Below are positions 43,877-54,671 of a stretch of 64,000 bases of DNA, in pieces; position 1 is the first letter of the stretch; each line of letters starts with the position of its first letter. Under the pieces are notes generated by a model. That model did not search any database and was not told the DNA's origin. It saw only the letters and a list, made by a program, of their open reading frames with translations. This stretch comes from an uncultured Chloroflexia bacterium (GTDB lineage: Bacteria; Chloroflexota; Limnocylindria; Limnocylindrales; CSP1-4), in the NCBI GenBank assembly GCA_963746845.1, contig CAVVCZ010000004.1, positions 288,001 through 352,000 on the forward strand, given 5' to 3'. The position numbers and the translations under genes are program-made.

Positions 43877-44761
43877 GTGGCGGTCTCTCCGGCGGATGAC
43901 CGCCAGATTGGCGGGCGCGAGAGCGCCCGCCAATCGGCTTCCGCCTCTCCGCCACGCCTCGAGCTGCGCGGGGTCTCCAAGTCCTTCGGCGGCGTTCACG
44001 TCCTCGAGGGCATCGACTTCCGACTCGGTTCGAGCGAAGTGGTGGGCCTGCTCGGCGACAATGGCGCCGGCAAGTCCACCCTCATCAAGATCATCACCGG
44101 CGTCCATCGGCCGGACCATGGCGAGATCCTCTTCGGCGGCGAGTCGGTCCAGGGCCTCACCGTCGAGAAGGCGCGTGGTCTGGGCGTCGAGACCGTCTAC
44201 CAGGAGCGGGCGCTGGCGGATCAGCAGCCGCTCTGGCGAAACATCTTCATGGGGCGGCCGCTGACCTATTCGCTCGGATTCCTGCGGGTCGGCCAGATGC
44301 GCCGCATCACCCAGGAGCTCATGGGCGAGTCCATGGGCTTCACATCGGCGGCCCTGACACCGAACACGACCGTCCTGGGCCTGTCGGGTGGCGAGCGTCA
44401 GGGCCTGGCGATCGTCAGGGCCCTGCACTTCGAAGCCGACATCATCGTGCTCGACGAGCCGACGATGGGCCTCTCACTGAAGGAGACCGAGAAGCTCATC
44501 GCCTTCGTCGAGGGGATCCGCGCGGCGGGCAAGTCGGCGATCTTCATCGACCACAACATCTTCCACGTGTACTCGGTTGCCGACCGCATCGTGGTGCTGG
44601 ATCGGGGCCGGGTCGCGGGCGAGTTCCCGACGTCGCGCTACTCCCTCGACGAGCTCATGAACATCATGCGCGAGGTCGCGTCGAGCGGGACGTACACCGA
44701 GGCGGAGCGCTACCGGCCGCCGAGCCAGCCTGCCTCCGAACCTTCGGGAGGGCTCGCGTGA
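43877..44761 (+). CDS. Sugar ABC transporter ATP-binding protein (single domain)
   Basis: GDNGAGKST, LSGGERQ and LDEPT. Confidence 0.93.
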   Translation: MAVSPADDRQIGGRESARQSASASPPRLELRGVSKSFGGVHVLEGIDFRLGSSEVVGLLGDNGAGKSTLIKIITGVHRPDHGEILFGGESVQGLTVEKARGLGVETVYQERALADQQPLWRNIFMGRPLTYSLGFLRVGQMRRITQELMGESMGFTSAALTPNTTVLGLSGGERQGLAIVRALHFEADIIVLDEPTMGLSLKETEKLIAFVEGIRAAGKSAIFIDHNIFHVYSVADRIVVLDRGRVAGEFPTSRYSLDELMNIMREVASSGTYTEAERYRPPSQPASEPSGGLA

Positions 44762-45753
44762 GCGCGCGGCCCGCGGCGGTCGGCCGGCGGAGCGGGCGGA
44801 GCGTATTCCTCGCCTCCTGGGCGTCGCAGATCGGCATCACGGTGGCGTTCCTCGTCCTGTGGCTCGCCTTCGTCATCCTCGCGCCGACCACGTTCCTGAA
44901 GGCGCCGATCTACCAGTCGTTCGCCCAGACGACGCCGTTCTTCGCGATCATGGCGATGCCCCTCACGATGGTGATCGTTGCGGGCGACATCGACCTGTCC
45001 TTCCCCGCGACGATGTCTCTCGGCATGGTCGGGTTCGTCGGTGCCTGGCAGGCCACCGGCAGCGTCGAGCTCGGCGTCGCCGCGGCCCTCGGCGTCGGCG
45101 TCCTGTGCGGTCTTTTCAACGGGTTCTTCGTCGTGTTCATCGGCATCCCGTCGCTGGTCGTGACGATCGGGACACAGTTCCTCTTCCGCGGTCTCGCGCT
45201 GGTCCTGGTCGGCGGCAAGCAGTACCCGCTGGTCACCACCCAGGCATCGCCCGTGTACGAGGTCCTCGTCGGCAGACTGTTCGGCATCCCGATGGAGTTC
45301 TACTGGCTCGTCCTCATCGCCATCGCCACGTGGATCCTGCTCAACCGCCACCGGCTCGGCCAGAACGCGTACGTCACTGGCGACAACAGGCAGGCCGCCG
45401 CGCTCATGGGCATCCCCATCGGTCGGACACGGATCGCGCTGTTCGTCCTCGTCGGGGTCGCTGCGACGTTCGCGGGCGTCCTCAACAGCCTCCAGGTCGT
45501 CAACTACTACCCATCAATGGGCGACGGCTATCTGCTGCCGACCCTCGCGGCGATCTTCGTCGGCGGGACATCGGTGTTCGGCGGCCGCGGCAGTGTCTGG
45601 GGGACGGCCCTCGGTGCGTTCATGATCGGCGGGATCCAGGCCGGTCTCGTCGCCATCGGGCTGAGCGACTACTACCCCAGCGTCGTGTACGGCGCCGTCA
45701 TCCTGATCTCCGTCTCCATTCACGCGCTCCTGCGACGCCGCTTCGAGTACTGA
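44758..45753 (+). CDS. Sugar ABC transporter permease
   Basis: GDIDLS, IPSLVVTIG and GGTSVFGGRG. Confidence 0.93.
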   Translation: MSARPAAVGRRSGRSVFLASWASQIGITVAFLVLWLAFVILAPTTFLKAPIYQSFAQTTPFFAIMAMPLTMVIVAGDIDLSFPATMSLGMVGFVGAWQATGSVELGVAAALGVGVLCGLFNGFFVVFIGIPSLVVTIGTQFLFRGLALVLVGGKQYPLVTTQASPVYEVLVGRLFGIPMEFYWLVLIAIATWILLNRHRLGQNAYVTGDNRQAAALMGIPIGRTRIALFVLVGVAATFAGVLNSLQVVNYYPSMGDGYLLPTLAAIFVGGTSVFGGRGSVWGTALGAFMIGGIQAGLVAIGLSDYYPSVVYGAVILISVSIHALLRRRFEY

Positions 45754-46955
45754 TGGGCTCGACGAGGACGCCCACCGACCCGCCCGGCGCCGGCAGCCGG
45801 GGCTCGCCCGCGCCGCGGGCCGTCGGCGCGCGGCCACCCACGATGAAGGACATCGCGATCGCGGCGGGGGTGTCACGGAGCACGGTGTCGCGGATCCTCA
45901 GCGATGCTCCTCTCACGGTGCCGATCGCCCAGGAGACCCGGGAGCGCGTCCTGGCTGCCGCACGCGATCGCGGATACCGACCGAACCCGCTTGCTCGGGC
46001 GCTCCGTGGCGCGCCGATGATGCTGCTTGGGGCGATCGTCCGGGACATCACGGACCCGTTCTTCAGCGGCGCCATCGAGGCCGTCTCGCTGGCGGCCCGA
46101 GCCCGTGGCTACAACATCGTGCTCGGCCTCGCTCACGCCCGGGCCACCGAGGCCCTGGAGCTTGCGGCGATCCTCGAGGCGCGCCAGTGCGACGGGATCC
46201 TCCTCCTCGGCGACATGGGTGACCAGCCCCGCCTCCTCGCCGACCTGCGCGACTCCCACGTCCCGGTCGTGGCCATGTGGCAGGGAACCAGGCTCGACCT
46301 CATCCCCGGCGTTCAGGTCGACAACCGCCTCGGCACGCGACTCGCAGTGGAGCACCTGATCGGACTGGGTCACCGTCGGATCGCGTTCATCGGTGGTCGC
46401 CTCCTCGGGGACATCCGCGAGCGGCAGGCCGCCTACACCGCAGCGGTGTCGGCGATCCCGGGCGAGGTCCCTGCGGCATACCTGCAGCATGTCGCCAACA
46501 CGCCGGAGGGCGGAGAAGCCGCGCTCAACGCCCTCCTGCGCCTGTCGCCTCGACCGACCGCGGTGGTCGCCTCGACCGACGTCCTCGCCGTCGGCGTCCT
46601 GCGCGGCGCCCTGCTCCGTGGCGTGCGGGTCCCCGACGAGCTGTCGGTCGTCGGGTTCGATGACATCCCGATGGCGAAGTCGACCGTCCCCGGCCTGACC
46701 ACGGTCCGCATGCCGATCGCGGCCATGGCCGCCGAGGCCATCGCCCTTGCGGTGGGCCCGGACCGCACCGGCTCGGACGGGCACGTCGGCAGCGTCGACA
46801 GTGTTGGCAGTGCGCCGGGGCCGGCCGGAGGTCGGGACCGGGCCGGCGCCGGGCAAGGCGATGCGACGGCGCTGCGTCGAGGGCCATCGACGGTGCGGGT
46901 CTTCCCGCCGACTCTCGTGATCCGCCAGTCGACGACATCGCCGCTCGTCGCTTGA
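45753..46955 (+). CDS. LacI family transcriptional regulator
   Basis: TMKDIAIAAGVSRSTVSR, GYRPNPLARAL and VPDELSVVGFDD. Confidence 0.92.
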   Translation: MGSTRTPTDPPGAGSRGSPAPRAVGARPPTMKDIAIAAGVSRSTVSRILSDAPLTVPIAQETRERVLAAARDRGYRPNPLARALRGAPMMLLGAIVRDITDPFFSGAIEAVSLAARARGYNIVLGLAHARATEALELAAILEARQCDGILLLGDMGDQPRLLADLRDSHVPVVAMWQGTRLDLIPGVQVDNRLGTRLAVEHLIGLGHRRIAFIGGRLLGDIRERQAAYTAAVSAIPGEVPAAYLQHVANTPEGGEAALNALLRLSPRPTAVVASTDVLAVGVLRGALLRGVRVPDELSVVGFDDIPMAKSTVPGLTTVRMPIAAMAAEAIALAVGPDRTGSDGHVGSVDSVGSAPGPAGGRDRAGAGQGDATALRRGPSTVRVFPPTLVIRQSTTSPLVA

Positions 46956-47090
46956 CGAGGGGGCCCTCGGGAGCTCGGATCGGTCGGACCGACGCTGACC
47001 GACCGTGGTGGCCGGCATCCCGGTCGCCAGCCGGCCGGCGAAGGTAGGCTACGAGCTCACCGGTTCGCAGCATCACGGGGTTTCCTCACT

Positions 47091-48353
47091 GTGACGACCA
47101 GGTTCTGGCACGGCTTCGCCGACATGCATACCGTCGCCGACCACGAGGTCGTGATCCGATCGGCCAAGGGCGTCTGGCTCGAGGACATCGCCGGGCGGCG
47201 ATACATCGACGCGACCGCGGCCCTCTGGTTCTGCAACGTCGGCTACGGCCGGGGCGAGATCGCGGCGGCCGTGGGCGAGCAGCTCGTCCGGCTGCCCGCG
47301 TACTCGTCGTTCGGCGCCTATACCTCCGAGCCGACGATCGAGCTCGCCGAACGCCTGGTCGCGCTCGCGCCATTCCCGAACGCCGTCGTGTTCCTGGGCT
47401 CGGGCGGCTCGGATGCGGTGGACACCGCCGCAAAGCTCGTCCGCCGCTACTGGGACGTCGTCGGGCGGCCGGAGAAGCGGGTGATCGTGTCGCGCGAGTT
47501 CGGCTACCACGGGATGCACGGATGGGGGACGTCGCTCGTCGGGATCGGACCCATGAAGACCGGCTACGGCGGCAACTTCATCGACGAGGTCATCAACGTC
47601 GGGACGATGGACGTCGAGACGCTCGGCGCCCTGTTCGCCGAGCGGTCCGGCGAGATCGCCGCGTTCATCGGTGAGCCGGTCGTCGGCGCCGGGGGAGTCA
47701 TCCCGCCCGAGCCGCACTACTGGCCCGAAGTGACCCGCCTGTGCCGCGAGCACGACATCCTGCTCATCGCCGACGAGGTGATCACCGGGTTCGGGCGGAC
47801 CGGGCATCTGTGGGGATCGGAGCGGTACGGGATCGAGCCCGACCTGATCACCTTCGCGAAAGGCGTCACGTCCGGGTACGTGCCGCTCGGCGGTGTGCTG
47901 GTGGGCGAGCGCGTCCGGGCGCCGTTCTGGGACGACTACGTGCCCGGGGCGGTATTCCGGCACGGATACACGTACTCCGGGCATGCCGGCGCGGCGGCTG
48001 CGGCGATGGCGAACCTCGACATCCTCGAGGGCGAGGGGCTCGTGGCGCGCGTCGCGGAGCTCGAGCCGGGCTTCGAGCGGGCCATCCGATTGCTGGAGTC
48101 GGCGCCCGGGGTCGGCGAGGTGCGGACCGTCGGGTTGACGGCCGCCGTGGCGTTCGCGCCGGAGCTGCTGGCCGCCGACCCGGGGCTGCCGGAACGGGCC
48201 GTCGTCGCGGCCCTGGAGCACGGAGTCGCCACGCGCGTCCTGCGCGGCCACGCGCTCCAGATCTCGCCACCGTTCGTGATCACCGAAACGGAGATCCACC
48301 AGATGGTCGAGGGCCTGAACGAGGCTCTGATCGCCGTCGCGGCCGCCCACTGA
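47091..48353 (+). CDS. Class III aminotransferase (omega-amino acid:pyruvate type)
   Basis: GSDAVD, YHG, DEVITGFGRTG and FAKGVTSGY (PLP Lys). Confidence 0.92.
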   Translation: MTTRFWHGFADMHTVADHEVVIRSAKGVWLEDIAGRRYIDATAALWFCNVGYGRGEIAAAVGEQLVRLPAYSSFGAYTSEPTIELAERLVALAPFPNAVVFLGSGGSDAVDTAAKLVRRYWDVVGRPEKRVIVSREFGYHGMHGWGTSLVGIGPMKTGYGGNFIDEVINVGTMDVETLGALFAERSGEIAAFIGEPVVGAGGVIPPEPHYWPEVTRLCREHDILLIADEVITGFGRTGHLWGSERYGIEPDLITFAKGVTSGYVPLGGVLVGERVRAPFWDDYVPGAVFRHGYTYSGHAGAAAAAMANLDILEGEGLVARVAELEPGFERAIRLLESAPGVGEVRTVGLTAAVAFAPELLAADPGLPERAVVAALEHGVATRVLRGHALQISPPFVITETEIHQMVEGLNEALIAVAAAH

Positions 48354-48438
48354 GCGCCGCGCAATCGCTGTCATCCACATCTCGGATGGGTGACGGCCGT
48401 CGCCCTCGTCACACCGTGCCGACCGCCACTCCGTCGAC

Positions 48439-49266
48439 CTACCGGCGCGCAGAGCTGATCCGCAACTCGGATGGCGGTCGGCCCGTCAGCTGCCGCGCCG
48501 CGTCCGCGTAGTCGAGATAGGGAGCCGATCGCCGCCGGCCGTCGGACCGCGTCGGACGAAGCCAGTCCGTTGCCCGGAGCCGCGGATCCACGGTCGCGAT
48601 GGCCCCTCCGAGCGGCTGGCCGGTCGGCTCGGCAACCCACCGTCCCAGCTCGGTCCCGCCCGAAGGAAACGTCCGTTTCAAGGCCGCGCGGTTCAGTTGC
48701 GCGTTCAGGTCATTCTCGGCTGAGGCAAGGAGGAGCAGGGCCGTCGTGGTCGTGCGCGGCCTCCAGGCAAGGCGGTGGGCTGCCGACCAGGCCTCCCGCT
48801 CGTACCAGCTGATCGTTCGCTGGATCGCGCCGACATCGACGATCCGCGTCTTGATCTCGCCGACGATGAGGCTCCGATCGACCTCGCGAAACGCCAGGAC
48901 GTCGATCCAGCCGCGGATCCGCCCTCCGCCGACCTCGACTTCCAGCCGCACCTGCCAGCCGGACCGCACGAGCCGCCGAGCCACGTACCCCGCACACACC
49001 GCGTGCACGAGGTCCCGCTGCTCGCGGCGACCGGCGAGCCCGATCGTTCCCCCGTCCAGCGAGACCCGGATGCCGAGCAGGTTCAGCGCTCCCGATGCCA
49101 GACGCCCGTCGATGTCGCGGGTCCGCCCGGCCTCGAGCCTGGAGATCGCAGCCTGGCTGGAGCCCAGCCGTCGCGCGAGCTCCGTCTGCGACCAACGACT
49201 CTCCCGGCGTGTCTTCCTGATCGTCGCGCCGATCGCGCGGGCGAGATCGAACGCGGTTGACGACAT
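48439..49266 (-). CDS. XRE-family HTH fused to a PD-(D/E)XK nuclease-like domain
   Basis: WSQTELARRLGSSQAAISRLEAG; EVEV...GWIDVL...GEIKT. Confidence 0.8.
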   Translation of the reverse strand: MSSTAFDLARAIGATIRKTRRESRWSQTELARRLGSSQAAISRLEAGRTRDIDGRLASGALNLLGIRVSLDGGTIGLAGRREQRDLVHAVCAGYVARRLVRSGWQVRLEVEVGGGRIRGWIDVLAFREVDRSLIVGEIKTRIVDVGAIQRTISWYEREAWSAAHRLAWRPRTTTTALLLLASAENDLNAQLNRAALKRTFPSGGTELGRWVAEPTGQPLGGAIATVDPRLRATDWLRPTRSDGRRRSAPYLDYADAARQLTGRPPSELRISSARR

Positions 49267-49690
49267 GAACCGGGGATACCACGAGGCGCTTCACCCGCGG
49301 TTGATCAGGCGCCGTGTCCAGCCCGAGCCATCCGAGATTCGGATGAGATCGACGGCATCCCCGAGCGACGACCTGCTCCGCGCACATCTCATCGCTCGGG
49401 CCCGGCCACGAATCCATCCGAGAAGCGGATAGCGCGCGATCTCGTCGCCGAAACCTCGGTACGGATGGCCGCGATCCCTGACCGGCTCGCCGGAACGAAC
49501 CGGGCGGCCCCGCGGTTCGGGCGGCGGGTCACCAGAGATCGCTCGCCGAACCTCGGAAGCCGGTGCGAAACGAGGTTGCAGGACGGTCGCGAACGGCGCA
49601 GGATTCAGGGCATTCCCGGACGCAGCTGACCCTGGACGTGGCACCCCGCCGGCCTGACCGTCGGCGCGGTTCTGGAAGGAGGCTCCAGTC

Positions 49691-50200
<510 letters not shown>

Positions 50201-50225
50201 GCCGAGAGCCGAGAGGAGCACCCCG

Positions 50226-52646
50226 ATGGCCATCGACACTCCCGAGGCCCCCGACGTCCTCGGCGCACCCATCAAGCGGGTCGAGGACCCGCGGTTCATC
50301 ACCGGCAAGGGCCGCTATCTCGACGACATCACGCTGACCGGGATGACCCACATGGCCATCCTGCGCAGCCCGTACGCCCATGCGAACATCCGCTCGATCG
50401 ACACGTCCGCCGCGAAGACGAAGCCCGGCGTGCTCGCGGTGTTCGTCGGCGCCGACATCCCGTGGAACCCGCTCCCGATGGCCTGGCCGGCCGGCGGATC
50501 GGCCGGGATCCAGAACAACGTCAACACGCCGCGGATCATCGCCACGGACAGCGTGAAGTGGACCGGCGAGGGCGTGGCGGCCGTCGTCGCCGAGACGGAG
50601 GCCGAGGCGGTCGACGCGCTCGAGGCGATCCAGGTCGACTGGGAGCCGCTGCCGGCCGTCGTCGACGCGGAGAAGGCGACCCGGCCCGGCGCGCCGCAGC
50701 TCCACGAGAACGCGCCGAACAACGAGGTCTTCACCTGGACCGTCGGCGACAAGGAAGGAACGGAGGCGGCCTTCGGCGACGCGGAAGTCGTCGTCAGGCA
50801 GCGGCTCGTCAACCACCGGCTGATCCCGAACCCGATGGAGGTCCGGGGCGACATCGGCTGGTACAACCCCGGGACCGACGAGTACACGATCTGGATGTCG
50901 AGCCAGACGCCGCACATCCAGCGGCTCCTGCTCGCCGCCTTCGTGACCGGCATCCCGGAGCACAAGGTCCGCTGCATCAGCCCGGACGTCGGCGGGGCGT
51001 TCGGCTCGAAGATCTTCTGCTACGCGGACATGGCCCTCGTGATGTGGGCCAGCAAGGCGATCGGCGGCCGGCCCGTGAAGTGGGTCGAGACGCGGACCGA
51101 GAACTACCAGAGCACGATCCACGGCCGCGACCACATCACCTACCTCGAGATCGCCGGCAAGCGCGACGGCGAGGTCACCGGCCTGCGGGTCAAGACGTTT
51201 GCCAACCTCGGCGGCCGCCTGTCGACGATCGGGCCCGGCATCCCGACCACGCTCTACGCCCGGGTCCTGTCCGGCTGCTACAAGATCCCGAACGTCTTCG
51301 CCGAGGTGACCGGCGTCTACACGAACACGACGTTCGTCGACGCCTACCGCGGCGCCGGCCGGCCCGAGGCGACCTACGTCGTCGAGCGGGCGATGGACCT
51401 CTTCGCGAACGAGATCGGGATGGACAAGGCGGCGATCCGCCGCAAGAACTTCATCCCGCCCGACCAGTTCCCGTACGAGAACCCGTCGGGGCTCGGCACC
51501 GCGTCGGGCGGCGCGAAGATCTACATCGACTCCGGCAACTACGAGCCGGCCCTCAACAAGGCCCTCCTCGCAGCGGGCTACGACGACCTGGCGAAGACGA
51601 AGGCCGAGGCGAAGAGCCGCGGCAAGCTCCTCGGGATGGGGCTCAGCACCTACATCGAGGTGTGCGGCGTCGCGCCGTCGAAGTGGATCGGCGCGGTCGG
51701 CGAGGGCTGGGGCGCCGCGATGTGGGAGTCCGCGAACATCAAGGTCCACCTGACCGGCAAGGTCATCGTCACTATGGGCACCCAGCCCCAGGGCCAGGGC
51801 CACGAGACGACGTACAGCCAGGTCATCGCTCACGAGCTCGGCGTGCCGATGGAGGACATCGTCATCCAGCACTCGGACACGCAGGGCACCCCGTTCGGCT
51901 ACGGCTCGTACGGCAGCCGGACGTCGTCGGTCGGCAGCACCGCCGCGATCAAGGCGGCCGACAAGGTCAAGGAGAAGGCCCGGCGCTACGCCGCGCACAT
52001 GCTCGAGGCCTCGCCCGAGGACATCGAGATCATCGGCGCGGAGTATCGGGTCAAGGGCTCGCCCGAGAAGAAGAAGACGATCCAGGAGATCGCCTTCGCC
52101 CTCGACCTCGGGTTCAGCCTCCCCGACGGCATGGAGCCGTACCTCGACGAGACCGCCTACTACGACACGCCGAACTGCACGTGGCCGTTCGGCACCCATA
52201 TCGCCATCGTCGAGGTCGACGAGGAGACCGGCGAGACCGATCTCAAGCGGTACATCGCCGTCGACGACGTGGGCAAGAAGATCAACCCGATGATCGTCGA
52301 CGGCCAGCTCCACGGTGGCATCGCCCAGGGCGTCGGCCAGGCGCTCTGGGAGCAGGCCGTGTACAGCGACGAGGGACAGCTCCTGTCCGGCTCGATGCTG
52401 GACTACGCCCTGCCGCGCGCGTCCTATCTCCCGAACTTCGAGCTCGACGAGACCGTCACCCCGTCGCCGGTCAACCCGATCGGCGTCAAGGGCGTCGGCG
52501 AGGCGGGCTGCATCGCCAGCACCGCCGCGGTCGCGAACGCCGTCAACGACGCGCTCGCGCCCCTCGGCATCACCCATCTCGACATGCCGTTCACCGCCCA
52601 GACCGTGTGGCGGGCGATCCAGTCGGCGAAGGGAGGCCAGGCATGA
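50226..52646 (+). CDS. coxL: Xanthine dehydrogenase family Mo-binding subunit (form II CoxL-like)
   Basis: GGAFGSK, AYRGAGRPE, GQGHET and KGVGEAG. Confidence 0.9.
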   Translation: MAIDTPEAPDVLGAPIKRVEDPRFITGKGRYLDDITLTGMTHMAILRSPYAHANIRSIDTSAAKTKPGVLAVFVGADIPWNPLPMAWPAGGSAGIQNNVNTPRIIATDSVKWTGEGVAAVVAETEAEAVDALEAIQVDWEPLPAVVDAEKATRPGAPQLHENAPNNEVFTWTVGDKEGTEAAFGDAEVVVRQRLVNHRLIPNPMEVRGDIGWYNPGTDEYTIWMSSQTPHIQRLLLAAFVTGIPEHKVRCISPDVGGAFGSKIFCYADMALVMWASKAIGGRPVKWVETRTENYQSTIHGRDHITYLEIAGKRDGEVTGLRVKTFANLGGRLSTIGPGIPTTLYARVLSGCYKIPNVFAEVTGVYTNTTFVDAYRGAGRPEATYVVERAMDLFANEIGMDKAAIRRKNFIPPDQFPYENPSGLGTASGGAKIYIDSGNYEPALNKALLAAGYDDLAKTKAEAKSRGKLLGMGLSTYIEVCGVAPSKWIGAVGEGWGAAMWESANIKVHLTGKVIVTMGTQPQGQGHETTYSQVIAHELGVPMEDIVIQHSDTQGTPFGYGSYGSRTSSVGSTAAIKAADKVKEKARRYAAHMLEASPEDIEIIGAEYRVKGSPEKKKTIQEIAFALDLGFSLPDGMEPYLDETAYYDTPNCTWPFGTHIAIVEVDEETGETDLKRYIAVDDVGKKINPMIVDGQLHGGIAQGVGQALWEQAVYSDEGQLLSGSMLDYALPRASYLPNFELDETVTPSPVNPIGVKGVGEAGCIASTAAVANAVNDALAPLGITHLDMPFTAQTVWRAIQSAKGGQA

Positions 52647-53482
52647 TCCCGGCGTCGTTCGGCTACACGCGGGCGGCGACGCTGTCCGACGCGGTTGCCG
52701 CAGTCGGCGGCGGGGCCAAGATCCTCGCCGGCGGCCAGAGCCTCGTGCCGCTGCTGAAGCTGCGCCTGGCCTCGGCCGACCAACTGGTGGACATCGGGCG
52801 GATCGCGGAGCTCAAGGGCTACCGGCACACGGCCGACGGCGGCGTCGAAATCGGCGCCCTGACGACCTACGCCGAGTGGCAGGCCGCCACGGACGTGCCC
52901 GAGGTGGCCGCGGCGATCGACCTGATCGCTGACGTCCAGGTCCGCAACCGCGGCACGATCGGCGGAGCGATCGCCCACGCCGACCCGGCGTCGGACGCGA
53001 CCGCGATCGTGCTCGCATACGAAGGCAGCGCGGTCCTGCGTGGGCCGGGTGGCGAGCGGGTCGTTCAGCTCGACGGCTTCTTCGAGGGTCCGTTCCAGAC
53101 CGGGATGCGGCCCGACGAGATCCTCGTGGCGATCCGCCGCGGGCCGCTCCGTCCCGGCACGAGATTCGCGTATCGAAAGCTCGCCCAGAAGGCGTCGGGC
53201 TACCCGATCGTGGGGATCGCGGCTGCCATCGTGTCCGACGGCGGCACGATCAGCCACGCCGCGATCGGCGTGACCGGCGTCCACGAGCATGCCTACCGGG
53301 CCGAGGACGTCGAGGCGGCGCTGGTCGGCTCCGACGGCTCGCCGGCGGCGGTCGCCGCGGCCGCGGCGCACGTCACCGACGGCGTCGAGATCAACTCGGA
53401 CATCCACGCGGACGCGCAGTATCGGGCGGCGATGGCCGTCGCGTACACGCGCCGCGCGATCGAGGGGGCCCTCGGCCGCTAG
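52643..53482 (+). CDS. coxM: FAD-binding medium subunit
   Basis: LAGGQSL, QVRNRGTIGG and AHADPASD. Confidence 0.92.
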   Translation: MIPASFGYTRAATLSDAVAAVGGGAKILAGGQSLVPLLKLRLASADQLVDIGRIAELKGYRHTADGGVEIGALTTYAEWQAATDVPEVAAAIDLIADVQVRNRGTIGGAIAHADPASDATAIVLAYEGSAVLRGPGGERVVQLDGFFEGPFQTGMRPDEILVAIRRGPLRPGTRFAYRKLAQKASGYPIVGIAAAIVSDGGTISHAAIGVTGVHEHAYRAEDVEAALVGSDGSPAAVAAAAAHVTDGVEINSDIHADAQYRAAMAVAYTRRAIEGALGR

Positions 53483-53509
53483 GTCGAGGGCTCGGGTAAC
53501 GCTCCGCGG

Positions 53510-54559
53510 GTGCGACTCGAGCGACTGATACCGGGCCGGCGCTCGCCTGCCACGCTCGTCGGGGCGGTCCTGGCGCGCGACATCGTCGTCGCGGGCCAGC
53601 GCTGGTCGAAAGGCCGCCGTCTGTCCGCCGACGACCTCGAGGCCTTCGCGGCGGACCCGTCGTTCGGCGTCGGACCGGTCACGGTCATCGTCCTCGACCC
53701 TGGCGACCTGCATGAGGACGACGCCGCCCTCCGTCTCGCCGAGGTGGTCACCGGACCGGGCCTCCGCGTCCGGGGCCCGGTCCAGAGCCGGGTCGATCTC
53801 GTCGCCGAGCACGACGGGGTCGTCCATGTCCGGATCGCCGAGCTCGAACGCCTGAACCGGCTCGACCCGCTCGAGGTGTTCACGCGCCTGGACGGATCGA
53901 TCGTGGCCGAGGGCGATCTCGTCGCGAGCGTGAAGGTCGCGCCGCATGTCGTCGAGGCGACCGTCGTCGCCGCCGGCGCCGCGATCGCCCGGGACGGCCG
54001 GCGGCCCCTGTTCCGGGTCGCGCCGTTCGTGCCCCGCACGGTCGCCGTCGTCGTCAAGGAGTCCCTCCGCAGCGCGGACCGGCCGCGGTTCGAGACGAGC
54101 GTCCGGGACAAGGTCGAGAGCCTCGGCTCGCGGATCACGTCGATCGACTACGTCGCCGACGAGGACAAGGCGGTGCGGGCAGCGCTCGCCCGCGACGCGC
54201 GCGGTCCCGATCGCGTCGACGTGATCCTCACGGCCGGCGGCCGCTCGACCGACCCGTCCGACCCGTTCTTCACCGCGGTCGAGGCGCTGGGCGGCCGGAT
54301 CGTCCGGCGGGGCGTGCCGGCCCACCCGGGATCGATGCTCTGGCTGGCACGGATCGGCCGGACGGCGATCCTCGGGCTGCCGACGTGCGGCGCATATTCC
54401 AAGGCGACCGCGGCCGACCTCCTGCTGCCGCGACTCCTCACGGGCGAGCCGCCGACGCGCACGACCGTGTCTCACCTCGGCCACGGGGGCGTCCTCACCC
54501 GCGAGATGCGGTTCCGCTTCCCGGCCTACGCCCGCGAGCTCGACGCCCCCGACGGCTGA
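53510..54559 (+). CDS. Molybdopterin-binding (MoeA/MoCF biosynthesis-like) protein
   Basis: LHEDDAA, TAGGRSTDPSD, GVPAHPGSMLW and GLPTC. Confidence 0.75.
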   Translation: MRLERLIPGRRSPATLVGAVLARDIVVAGQRWSKGRRLSADDLEAFAADPSFGVGPVTVIVLDPGDLHEDDAALRLAEVVTGPGLRVRGPVQSRVDLVAEHDGVVHVRIAELERLNRLDPLEVFTRLDGSIVAEGDLVASVKVAPHVVEATVVAAGAAIARDGRRPLFRVAPFVPRTVAVVVKESLRSADRPRFETSVRDKVESLGSRITSIDYVADEDKAVRAALARDARGPDRVDVILTAGGRSTDPSDPFFTAVEALGGRIVRRGVPAHPGSMLWLARIGRTAILGLPTCGAYSKATAADLLLPRLLTGEPPTRTTVSHLGHGGVLTREMRFRFPAYARELDAPDG

Positions 54560-54671
54560 CCCGCGTGACTGCCCGTGTCAATCGGCCGACACGGGCCCCC
54601 AAATGGAACCTGGGTTCCTCCCTCCACGCGACGCGACGTGATGAATCCGGATCACCAACCCGAGGTGATCC

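Noticed and set aside
49430-49690. Moco riboswitch upstream of coxS
   Set aside because: Could not match the motif's conserved elements by eye; needs a cmsearch
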